A DNA stretch of 40,362 bases, taken from positions 1 through 40,362 of the forward strand of contig DYNS01000001.1 in NCBI GenBank assembly GCA_020720965.1, read 5' to 3'. The notes beneath the pieces are model-generated. The model was given only the letters and a program-made list of their open reading frames with translations, did no database searches and had not been told where the DNA came from. The position numbers were made by a program, and so were the translations under genes. The stretch's first letter is position 1, and every line of letters begins with the position of its first letter. The stretch comes from Anaerolinea sp. Its GTDB lineage: Bacteria > Chloroflexota > Anaerolineae > Anaerolineales > Villigracilaceae. Shown here piece by piece: positions 1 to 7,553 of the stretch.

Positions 1-944
1 AAATGCCAGTCCCCTGCGAGAGTCCGCTGAGCAAAATGAGCAGGAAACCTCCCAACGCCGAGAGATTGCCCACCTGCGCCACCAGTTTTCGCGGGGCGCG
101 GCGCTCCAGCGCCCCCGCCACTAAAATGGTCGCCAGTACAGCGGTTCCCCAAATGGAGGTGATGCGGGTTGTCTCCTGCACGCTCATGCCGAACTGTTCG
201 GCGGCAAAAGGCTCCAGTAGAACATCCTGCCCCAAAATGGCGGCAAGCAACAGGGTGAGATACCAAAAGAAGAGAGTCGTTTGTTTGCTTTGGGTGATGA
301 CCCCCAGCATCTGACTCAGGGTATAGTTTTCTCCTGCCTGTGAAGCGGTTTCGCGCTTCTCCAGCCCTATCAACCCTGCCACGCCGAGCAACAAAGCGGT
401 AACTCCAACGGCGAGGAAGGCGTTTTGCAGGGCTTGGGGACTATACGGCTCCACCATGCGGCTGAGGGCAATGGCGGTAACGATGATGCTCGCAATCATC
501 ATAAACCACATGGTTGCAATGGTTTTGCCGCGTTCCTTGCCAGAGAGTTCATTGGCGAGAGCGAGGTAAGAGACGCTTGCCAGGTTGTAGCCCATGCCCC
601 AGGCGCCAAAGGCGAGGGCGGCTGCGAGCAATCCCTGTGCCGGGCTTTCTGCCATGAGAATGGCTACCTGCGGCGAGATGACGACTCCCAGCACGCACAG
701 CAGTAACCCGGCGAGGATGTAGGGGCTGCGCCTTAGCCCCAATACCGGGTGCTTGTCGGAGTAGGCTCCCAGCGCCACTTGCAGGGGGGAGAAGAGGTAA
801 GGCAAAATGGCAAGCAGGGAGACAACGGTGGCGGCGATGCCGAGTTCTTTAATCATCACCCGGTTGAGGGTGCTGTTGATGGGGACGAGGGTCATGGCTA
901 CCGCTAAATGCACCAGCCCAAGTTGGAGTCGTTTACGAAACATG
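1..944 (-). CDS. MFS transporter of the BCD/PucC (LhaA-like) family; 5' part only, C-terminus lies beyond the window start
   Basis: Absent from the ORF track because it runs off the window. My translation of the minus strand from ATG 944..942 is open down to position 1: MFRKRLQLGLVHLAVAMTLVPINSTLNRVMIKELGIAATVVSLLAILPYLFSPLQVALGAYSDKHPVLGLRRSPYILAGLL... It is multi-TM. The TLNRVMI-ELG ... SD-H ... G-RR-PYI pattern is the PucC/BCD-family signature. The + ORFs 3..314, 425..706 and 807..992 are its antisense shadows. Confidence 0.8.
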
Positions 945-971
945 TACGTTTCCTTTTTAATTTTTCCCCCG

Positions 972-999
972 ATTGTATTCCCGTTGGAATGAATGTCAA
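972..999 (-). promoter_or_regulatory. Candidate sigma70-type promoter for the MFS gene
   Basis: The minus strand reads TTGACA (999..994), a 16 nt spacer, then TACAAT (977..972). It lies about 28 nt upstream of ATG 944 in an AT-rich spacer. Confidence 0.4.
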
Positions 1000-1096
1000 T
1001 GTAGGTTTTGGTAACTTTGGTGCGGGGAATTGTTGGAAATATGAAGAAAGTTTTAATATAACTATTTCGTACCTCTCTTTCCCCGCCGAAGTTGAG

Positions 1097-1126
1097 TCAA
1101 AACCCCGCCTTTTTAGGGGCGGGGTT
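1097..1126 (-). terminator. Intrinsic terminator overlapping the recN stop codon
   Basis: AACCCCGCC (1101..1109) and GGCGGGGTT (1118..1126) are perfect complements. On the minus strand the hairpin is followed by a short U run (GGGGUUUUG). The stop TAA is at 1115..1113, inside the loop. Confidence 0.55.
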
Positions 1127-2831
1127 GAGCGCTTTGTAACAGGTCCGCTGCCGAGCGCAGGGTGGCTTCGCTGACCTCCCCCAGCATTCCGGCAAGCTCT
1201 TGCTTTCTTGCCTCGCCAAGCAGGGCGCGGACCTGGGTGGTCGTTCTGCCATTTTGCAGGGCTTTTTCTACATGAAAGTGCTGCGTGCCGTAGGCGGCGA
1301 GTTGGGGCAGGTGGGTAATGCACAAGACCTGATGGGCTTTGCCCAGGTTCCACAATTTTTGACCCACAACCCCGCCTACCCGCCCGCCAATGCCCTGGTC
1401 AATCTCGTCAAATACAAGGGTGGGGATTTCATCCGCACCAGCGAGGACGTTTTTAAGGGCGAGCATGAGTCGGGATGTCTCACCCCCGGAGGCGATTTTT
1501 GCCAGGGGTTTCAGACCCTCGCCGGGGTTGGGGGCGATGAGGAATTCAGCGCGGTCATAGCCGCTGGAATCGAATGCCAGGCGGGTGTCGTTGAGGGGGA
1601 GGCCGTCTGGGTCTGGCTTGGTCTGAAATTGAACCGAGAACTGGGCGGCGGACATTTTGAGGTCGTCTAGTTGGGTTTCCACTCCTTTTGCCAGTTGCTC
1701 GGCGGCTTTTTTGCGCTGCTGCGAGAGTTTTTCGGCGCGGGCAGCCAACTCGTTGAGCAGGATGGCTTCGCGGGCTTCCAGTTCGCTGGTTTTTTCGGCG
1801 GCGTTGGTGATTGTTTCCAGCAGGGTGCGGGTGTTGGCGCCAAATTCCAGCACGGCGGGGAGGCTGCCGCCGTATTTGCGTTTGAGGCGCAGGAGGGTAT
1901 CCAGCCGTTCTTCCACTTGTTCCAGGCGGCGGGGGTTGTATTCCACCTGTTCCAGGTAGTTTCGCAGGTCACGCGCCAGGTCGGATAAATTTTCTAGCAG
2001 GTCTTCGGCGCGGGCAGAGAGGGGCGCTTGGGCGCTATCGATACGCGCCAGGGAGGCGAGGGCGGCAACGGTTTGCCCCAGCTGGTCGGTGATGGCGGGG
2101 GTTTCGGGGGAGCCTTCGTCTATCAGGCTGAGGGCTTCCTGGGCGTTGGATGCCAGGGTTTCGGCGTTTGCCAGGCGGTCTCTTTCCTGGCGGAGTTCTT
2201 CATCTTCGCCGGGCTTGGGGTGGGCACTTTCAATCTCTTCCAACTGATAGGTCAGCATGTCCACCCGGTGCTGCGAGTCGGCTTGGGCGGCGCGGAGAGC
2301 GGCGAGCTCTTTTCGCAGGGTTTGCAGGGCGGTGTAGGTTTTGCGGTAGGCTGCCAGGGCTTGTTCTGTGTTTGCGTAGCGGTCTAACAGATTCAGGTGG
2401 GTGTGAGGGCTGAGGATGGAGAGATGTTCGGTTTGTCCGTGAATATCGACCAGGTGGGCGCCGATTTCCTTCAAAATTCCCACGCTGACGGTGCGCCCGT
2501 TGACCCTTGCCACGCTGCGCCCTTCGCGGCGTACTTCCCGTGCCAGGGTAAGGTAGGTTTCGTCATCTTGCAGGTCTTCGCGCTTTAGGGTTTCGTTTAC
2601 GGCGGCTTGGGCGCTGCCCTGCAATTTGAAGACGGCTTCCACGCTGGCGCGTTCCGCTTCGGCGCGGATGAGGGCGGTTTCGGCGCGCCCGCCCAGGAGC
2701 ATTTCCAGCGCGTCCATGATGATGGATTTGCCCGCGCCGGTTTCACCGGTAAAGATGACCAGCCCGGAGGCAAATTCCAGTTCCAGCCGGTCTATGATGG
2801 CAAAGTTTTGAATGCGAATTTCGGTCAGCAT
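1113..2831 (-). CDS. recN: DNA repair protein RecN
   Basis: 572 aa. N-terminal MLTEIRIQNFAIIDRLELEF...FTGETGAGKSIIMDAL (Walker A), a long coiled-coil middle, and a C-terminal SGGETSRLMLALK signature plus LVFDEIDQGIGG (Walker B). Confidence 0.97.
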   Translation of the reverse strand: MLTEIRIQNFAIIDRLELEFASGLVIFTGETGAGKSIIMDALEMLLGGRAETALIRAEAERASVEAVFKLQGSAQAAVNETLKREDLQDDETYLTLAREVRREGRSVARVNGRTVSVGILKEIGAHLVDIHGQTEHLSILSPHTHLNLLDRYANTEQALAAYRKTYTALQTLRKELAALRAAQADSQHRVDMLTYQLEEIESAHPKPGEDEELRQERDRLANAETLASNAQEALSLIDEGSPETPAITDQLGQTVAALASLARIDSAQAPLSARAEDLLENLSDLARDLRNYLEQVEYNPRRLEQVEERLDTLLRLKRKYGGSLPAVLEFGANTRTLLETITNAAEKTSELEAREAILLNELAARAEKLSQQRKKAAEQLAKGVETQLDDLKMSAAQFSVQFQTKPDPDGLPLNDTRLAFDSSGYDRAEFLIAPNPGEGLKPLAKIASGGETSRLMLALKNVLAGADEIPTLVFDEIDQGIGGRVGGVVGQKLWNLGKAHQVLCITHLPQLAAYGTQHFHVEKALQNGRTTTQVRALLGEARKQELAGMLGEVSEATLRSAADLLQSAQPRP

Positions 2832-2834
2832 GGG

Positions 2835-3356
2835 TTATTTGCCAATCTGAATCCCGGTGAGGCGGTAGTAGGCGGTGGAGGCAGCGAGGAAAAGATATAG
2901 GGCTTGGAAGAGTATTCCAAAAAGGTCCAGGGAGAAGATTTGAATGAGCCCTACCGGCAAGCCACCGATGACAATTCCAATGATGACAACCCGGAAGAGG
3001 GCGCTGGAGCGTCTGCGCCCGGTGAATTGCCTGACCAAATTGGAGATGATTGCCCCGGCAGACGGGGCGGCAACGCTGACGATGAGGAAGCCGAAGTAGC
3101 CGAGGATGCCTGCCAGGGAGATTAAACCGCTTGCGATGCCAGAAAGGATGGCAGCGGTGAAAAATCCAATGAGGTAGTCTTGATTTTGGGCGCTGTCGAA
3201 CACTTTCTGTTGGGCGCGGGAGCATTCTTTACAGATGTAGCCGGTGGGGGTGCGTACCGCGCATTTGGTGCAGATGTATTTTTCGCAGCGGCGGCAGCGC
3301 AGGGTGGTTTCTACGTTGGGGTGGGTGGCGCAGTAGGTGAGGGCGGGGTCGGTCAT
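2835..3356 (-). CDS. B-box-type zinc-finger membrane protein (function unknown)
   Basis: 173 aa. N-terminal Cys/His array CATHPNVETTLRCRRCEKYICTKCAVRTPTGYICKEC, followed by about 4 hydrophobic helices. Its ATG overlaps the nadK stop (ATGA at 3356..3353), and its stop is 3 nt from the recN ATG. Confidence 0.7.
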   Translation of the reverse strand: MTDPALTYCATHPNVETTLRCRRCEKYICTKCAVRTPTGYICKECSRAQQKVFDSAQNQDYLIGFFTAAILSGIASGLISLAGILGYFGFLIVSVAAPSAGAIISNLVRQFTGRRRSSALFRVVIIGIVIGGLPVGLIQIFSLDLFGILFQALYLFLAASTAYYRLTGIQIGK

Positions 3357-4219
3357 CGCGGCAGTCCTATGGTTGTGTTTTGGTTCATGTGGGCTGTCAG
3401 GTTGCGGTAGAAGTAGCCGGGGTCGCCAAAGCGGATGAATTTGACGGTGTTTTCTCCGGCGTGAACATCTACCCGGTCGTTTTCATCCAGCCCGATGGGG
3501 GTTTGCCCGTCCAGGCTGAGGATGGCGTTTTCGCTGAGAATGGTCATGGTGACGGTGGCGCCCTCTGCCAGGACAACGCCCCGGTCTACCGAGAGGTGCG
3601 GGGCGATGGGGATGAGCAGGATGTTGCGTAGTTCCGGCGGGAGGATGGGTCCGCCGGAGGCGAGGGCGTAGGCGGTGGAACCGGTGGCAGTGGATGCAAT
3701 GAGTCCGTCCGCCACGTAGGTGGTGAGAAATTGCCCATCCACGCTGGCTTGGACGTGAATGGGGCGCATGTTGGCGCCCCGCCCGGCAACGACATCGTTA
3801 AGTGCCTGCCAACTGCCCAGTTTTTCCCCGGCGCGGGTGTGTTCGGCGCGGAGGGTCATGCGGCTTTCCAGCCAGTATTCTCCGGCGAGGAGTTGGGTGA
3901 GCATGGCTTGCCAGCCGCCCTGGTCTATCTGAAAGAGGAAGCCGAGTCGCCCGCGATTGATTCCGAGGATGGGGATGTCTTCGGCGGCGCACAAGTGACC
4001 CGCCCTCAGCATTGTCCCGTCTCCGCCGACTGCTACGAGAGCGTCAAACTCTTTTTGGTGAACCCGGCGGCGCAGCGATTCGTCATAAAGCGAGCCATGC
4101 GCCGCTTGCGCCCCTGCTTCTTGCAGGTAGGAGGCAATTTGGTGGGCTTCTTTAAGGGCTTCGGGGAGTTTGGGGTGTCCGAGGACGACAATTTTGACGG
4201 GGGGAACGGGGGCATTCAT
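3353..4219 (-). CDS. nadK: NAD(+) kinase
   Basis: Contains VAVGGDGTMLRAG (the GGDGT motif) and NRGRLGFL. I prefer start MNAPVPPVKIVVLGHPK at 4219 over the track start 4273. The 4273 extension overlaps the upstream gene and has no SD. Confidence 0.93.
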   Translation of the reverse strand: MNAPVPPVKIVVLGHPKLPEALKEAHQIASYLQEAGAQAAHGSLYDESLRRRVHQKEFDALVAVGGDGTMLRAGHLCAAEDIPILGINRGRLGFLFQIDQGGWQAMLTQLLAGEYWLESRMTLRAEHTRAGEKLGSWQALNDVVAGRGANMRPIHVQASVDGQFLTTYVADGLIASTATGSTAYALASGGPILPPELRNILLIPIAPHLSVDRGVVLAEGATVTMTILSENAILSLDGQTPIGLDENDRVDVHAGENTVKFIRFGDPGYFYRNLTAHMNQNTTIGLPR

Positions 4220-4225
4220 GGCGTA

Positions 4226-4231
4226 ATTATA
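4226..4231 (-). promoter_or_regulatory. Candidate -10 box placed for a leaderless nadK mRNA
   Basis: The minus strand reads TATAAT (4231..4226), 6 nt (tacgcc), then ATG (4219). There is no SD in between. Confidence 0.3.
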
Positions 4232-4236
4232 GCCGT

Positions 4237-4755
4237 TTATAACTTTTCTTCGCACAGGTTGCGGAACCCGCACCCGGCGCAGCGCTGCGGGCTTTCGTGC
4301 GAGCGCGGGATGTCGCGTTTGCGTTCATCGCGGCGCATCTCTGCCAGCAGGTCTAGCAGGGCTGCTTCCAGGCTTGGGGTGTAGTCTATGGCGAAGTTGG
4401 CGTTGGGGTAGTGTAGGATGGCGTAAGGCGGGCGCACTCCGGTTGTTTTTTCCACCAGCAGGCAGTATGCCGCCGCCTGAAAGATGTGCGAATCGTAGGG
4501 GGCGGGCGGGGTTTTGCCGGTTTTCACCTCCACCGGGATAATTTTTCCGTTTTGTTCCACCAGGTAATCCGGCTTGCCGGTGAGACCCAATGCCCGGTCG
4601 TAGAGCGGTTTTTCCACTTTGTTGCCCCAGGCGCGGGTGTCGGTGTAAATCACCCTTCCGCCGGGCAAACCGGCGGCGCGGCGGGTGCGGCTCTCTTGCC
4701 AAAAGAGAACCAGAGCAACTAAAAGCAGGAGGAAACCCAAAAAGGCAAGGAACAT
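4237..4755 (-). CDS. Cas4-like PD-(D/E)XK nuclease core with N-terminal TM helix (downstream half of a split Cas4-like protein)
   Basis: From M17 of track ORF 4237..4803: MFLAFLGFLLLLVALVLFW (TM), then LGLTGKPDYLVEQNGKIIPVEVKTGK (D...EVK nuclease motif), QAAAYCLLVE (QxxxY), and C-terminal RCAGCGFRNLC (CxxCx5C Fe-S ligands). Confidence 0.75.
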   Translation of the reverse strand: MFLAFLGFLLLLVALVLFWQESRTRRAAGLPGGRVIYTDTRAWGNKVEKPLYDRALGLTGKPDYLVEQNGKIIPVEVKTGKTPPAPYDSHIFQAAAYCLLVEKTTGVRPPYAILHYPNANFAIDYTPSLEAALLDLLAEMRRDERKRDIPRSHESPQRCAGCGFRNLCEEKL

Positions 4756-4997
4756 TAGCCGCTCAAGAAATAAATCAGCGCAAAGGCTGTTAGCGCCACG
4801 CAAGCCGCCAACAGCGCGGCGAAACCTAGCCCGCGCAAGGCTCCCGCCGCCATCACCTGCCGTCCATGTTGGGCGTGCAGGGCGGTTCCGGCTGCCATCT
4901 CTGCCTGGTTGGCAGATTCTTGCCCGTGCAGGCGATACTGCCAGGCGCGGCGGCAGTACAGGTAAGAGCCAATATCAGAGGCGCGGATGGTTTTCAT
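4755..4997 (-). CDS. Small membrane protein carrying the Cas4 N-terminal motif (upstream half of the split Cas4-like protein)
   Basis: 80 aa. MKTIRASDIGSYLYCRRAWQYRL...GTALHAQHG resembles the Cas4/DUF83 N-terminus, including the first Fe-S cysteine. The C-terminal LGFAALLAACVALTAFALIYFL is a TM helix. Its stop TAA (4757..4755) overlaps the next ATG (4755..4753) as TAATG. Confidence 0.6.
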   Translation of the reverse strand: MKTIRASDIGSYLYCRRAWQYRLHGQESANQAEMAAGTALHAQHGRQVMAAGALRGLGFAALLAACVALTAFALIYFLSG

Positions 4998-5006
4998 AGA
5001 ATGTTT

Positions 5007-5035
5007 ATTCTATCTTGAATCGACCGTTTTGTCAC
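5007..5035 (-). promoter_or_regulatory. Candidate promoter for the Cas4-like pair, near-leaderless
   Basis: The minus strand reads GTGACA (5035..5030), a 17 nt spacer, TAGAAT (5012..5007), 9 nt, then ATG (4997). No SD. TAGAAT also forms the palindrome tagaat-gttt-attcta (4998..5013) abutting the start codon. Confidence 0.4.
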
Positions 5036-5062
5036 AAATTCTCACCCGTTGAATCTTACGCC

Positions 5063-6028
5063 TTACTCTCTGACAAAGACCTTTTCGTTGTACTCCCAGT
5101 CGTAATTTCCCCTGATGCGAAACTGCAACCCAGCCTTGCTTTGCTCAAAATGTAACTCCACCGGGAAAGAGATAAGTTCCAGCACATTTTCGGCTACACA
5201 GCGCATGGGCATATAATCCCAAAACAGGGATGTGTACAGCCTGTTGTTTTCCGCGTCATAATGAATCTGCCATTTGTGAGTCTCCCCCCCGTGCTGCCAA
5301 TGATATGTGCCGGCATATTGCTCCATCTTGCATGGGTTAGGCTTTATCTCCTCATACGTTGCGCCTAAAAAGGTGATGATTTCCTCAACATACTGCTCCC
5401 AATTCTCTTCGCTGGTATCCACCCTCATTTTTGAACCTGGCAATTGGTTGTATATCTCCATTATCTTGGCTTGTTCGTAATCAATGGCGGCAAACATGCT
5501 ATTTTCATCCACGTATTTGTGGTTTTTGAAATACACATGCAGGTCGTCCCTCTTCAATATCAGTTCCCGCCACCATTGCCCCCGTGCGATAAAGGCTTTT
5601 TCCAGGCTTATGCGTAAATTGGGGCGGTGTAAAAGGACGATAACGGGGTGCAGTTCTCCGAGAATCTCTAACACCTGAGAAGAATATTTGACGATGTCAT
5701 CTTCGTCCCAGACGCTATGGACAAAATATCGGTCGTAGGCATGTAAAAAACACCCTTCGGCAATACATATTTTGCCAGATGCCAGGATCGAATCCCGAAA
5801 TTCTGCCCATTTTTGCAACATCCCCCCCCGATTCAACTCCATCCCCTCCACCGTATCCAACCCGCCGAACTGAAATTCATTGTGCCGAATGGAATGATTT
5901 TCAGACTCTTCATGCACCCAATAGGCTTCCTGTTGTAGAGCGAGTTGCTGATAGACCCTTTTCGATATGCTGGATTTGCCTACGGAAGAGTGTCCGTCTA
6001 CGATAATTAGTTTTGACTTCATCTGCAA
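5063..6028 (-). CDS. P-loop kinase-like protein with an uncharacterised C-terminal domain
   Basis: 321 aa. N-terminal KLIIVDGHSSVGKSSISKRV (Walker A GxxxxGKS) resembles chloramphenicol-phosphotransferase-like small-molecule kinases. The C-terminal ~90 aa (YAGTYHW...LQFRIRGNYDWEYNEKVFVRE) looks like a small beta-rich domain. SD GGAG sits 7 nt upstream of the ATG. The region is visibly AT-richer than its flanks. Confidence 0.7.
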   Translation of the reverse strand: MQMKSKLIIVDGHSSVGKSSISKRVYQQLALQQEAYWVHEESENHSIRHNEFQFGGLDTVEGMELNRGGMLQKWAEFRDSILASGKICIAEGCFLHAYDRYFVHSVWDEDDIVKYSSQVLEILGELHPVIVLLHRPNLRISLEKAFIARGQWWRELILKRDDLHVYFKNHKYVDENSMFAAIDYEQAKIMEIYNQLPGSKMRVDTSEENWEQYVEEIITFLGATYEEIKPNPCKMEQYAGTYHWQHGGETHKWQIHYDAENNRLYTSLFWDYMPMRCVAENVLELISFPVELHFEQSKAGLQFRIRGNYDWEYNEKVFVRE

Positions 6029-6079
6029 ACTCCGTCTATTGGGTCAATTTCTTGGTGTCTGGATGCAAAACATACAGGC

Positions 6080-7516
6080 TTAACGCGCCTTTTCCAGTGC
6101 CGCCCGCAGATTCTGTGGGTTTGCCTTGCCGCCCGCCTTACGCATTACCTGCCCAAAGAGCCAATTTTCCACGCCCGGTTTTCCGGCGCGCCAGTTGGCT
6201 GCCTCGGCGGGGAAGTCTGCCAACGTCTCTTCTACCAGGCGGGTAATCAGCCCCTCATCCGAAACCTGCGCCAGTCCCAGCGCCGCAATCACGGTCCCCG
6301 CCTCCTGCCCGGTGGCAAACATGCCATCCAGCGCCTTTTTGGCGGAATGTTGATTCACCTCGCCCGAAGCCATTCGCGCCAGCAAATCTGCCAGTTGGCG
6401 GGGTTGGATGGAGAGCGAAGCGAAGCCCACTTTTGCGGCATTCATCCGCGCCGAAAGTTCACCCGTTACCCAGGCAAACGCCGTCCGCGCCGCCGACCCG
6501 CCGCCTGCCGCCATGACCGATTCGAAGTACCTGCCCGCTTCGTCATTTTCCACCAACTGCCAGGCTTCGGCGCGACTCAGCCCAAACTCCGCTTCCAGCC
6601 GGGCGCGTCTTGCCCAGGGCATTTCTGGCAACCGGGCGCGAACTGCCTCCACCCAGGCATCCTCTACCCGAAGGGGGGGCAAATCCGGCTCTGGCAGGTA
6701 GCGATAATCGTGGGCATCTTCCTTGCTGCGTTGGCTAAAAGTCGCCTGCGCCGCTTCATCCCAACCTACGGTCTCTTGCAACACCTTGCCGCCTGCCTCC
6801 AAAAGGGAGGTCTGACGGGCAATTTCGTAGGTTACGCCGCGTTCCAAAGCCCGAAACGAGTTGAGATTTTTAATCTCCACCTTAGTTCCCAGGGTTTCCG
6901 TCCCTGCCGGGCGGATGGAAATGTTCGGCTCGATACGCATCACGCCTTTTTCCAGGTCGCCGCTGTTTACGCCCAAGGTCCGCACCAGGGCGCGGAGGGC
7001 TTCCGCATATAGGCGCACTTCCTCAGCGGAGTGGAAATCCGGCTCGGTCACGACTTCCAGCAGGGGAACTCCGGCGCGGTTCAAATCTACCAGGCTGCAA
7101 GGTTCGGCGGTCAGATGGGTGAGTTTGCCGGTATCTTCTTCCAAGTGCGCTCGCCGAATGCGTATCAGCCGCTCACCTTGCGAGGTTTGCAAAAGTATCT
7201 GCCCCTGTTCCGCCAGCGGCTGCTCGTACTGCGAAATTTGATAGCCTTTGGGAATATCTGGGTAGAAGTAATTTTTACGGGCAAAGATGCTCACCGGGTT
7301 CACCCGGCAGCCCAGCGCCAGCGCCACCCGCAGGGCATATTCCACCGCCGCCTGGTTTACCACCGGCAGAGTGCCGGGGTGTCCGGCGCAGACCGGGCAA
7401 ACGGCGCTGTTGGGCGGCGCGGAAACGGAATCGACCACCGGGCAGGCGCAAAACATTTTGGAGCGGGTTTGCATTTCAATGTGGACTTCGAGACCAATGA
7501 CGGGTTCGTAGGGCAT
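6080..7516 (-). CDS. gatB: Asp-tRNA(Asn)/Glu-tRNA(Gln) amidotransferase subunit B
   Basis: 478 aa. MPYEPVIGLEVHIEMQTRSKMFC..., NLNSFRALERG, and a C-terminal YqeY-like tail. Full-length typical GatB. Confidence 0.97.
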   Translation of the reverse strand: MPYEPVIGLEVHIEMQTRSKMFCACPVVDSVSAPPNSAVCPVCAGHPGTLPVVNQAAVEYALRVALALGCRVNPVSIFARKNYFYPDIPKGYQISQYEQPLAEQGQILLQTSQGERLIRIRRAHLEEDTGKLTHLTAEPCSLVDLNRAGVPLLEVVTEPDFHSAEEVRLYAEALRALVRTLGVNSGDLEKGVMRIEPNISIRPAGTETLGTKVEIKNLNSFRALERGVTYEIARQTSLLEAGGKVLQETVGWDEAAQATFSQRSKEDAHDYRYLPEPDLPPLRVEDAWVEAVRARLPEMPWARRARLEAEFGLSRAEAWQLVENDEAGRYFESVMAAGGGSAARTAFAWVTGELSARMNAAKVGFASLSIQPRQLADLLARMASGEVNQHSAKKALDGMFATGQEAGTVIAALGLAQVSDEGLITRLVEETLADFPAEAANWRAGKPGVENWLFGQVMRKAGGKANPQNLRAALEKAR

Positions 7517-7553
7517 GGGCTTTAGGGAAATGGTGACAGTGGATGGGATGCGA

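Noticed and set aside
3-992. Three plus-strand ORFs (3..314, 425..706, 807..992) at the window start.
   Set aside because: They are fragmented and Arg/Ala/Ser-rich. The opposite strand carries one continuous PucC-like MFS frame with a clear family signature.
904-1353. A 149-aa minus-strand ORF overlapping the recN 3' end and the MFS promoter region.
   Set aside because: It is out of frame within recN and crosses the recN terminator hairpin. Its composition is Pro/Arg/Gly-rich and there is no SD.
4237-4997. A CRISPR-Cas locus implied by the Cas4-like genes.
   Set aside because: Reading the whole window on both strands, I found no repeat-spacer array and no other cas genes. This is a stand-alone Cas4-like nuclease.
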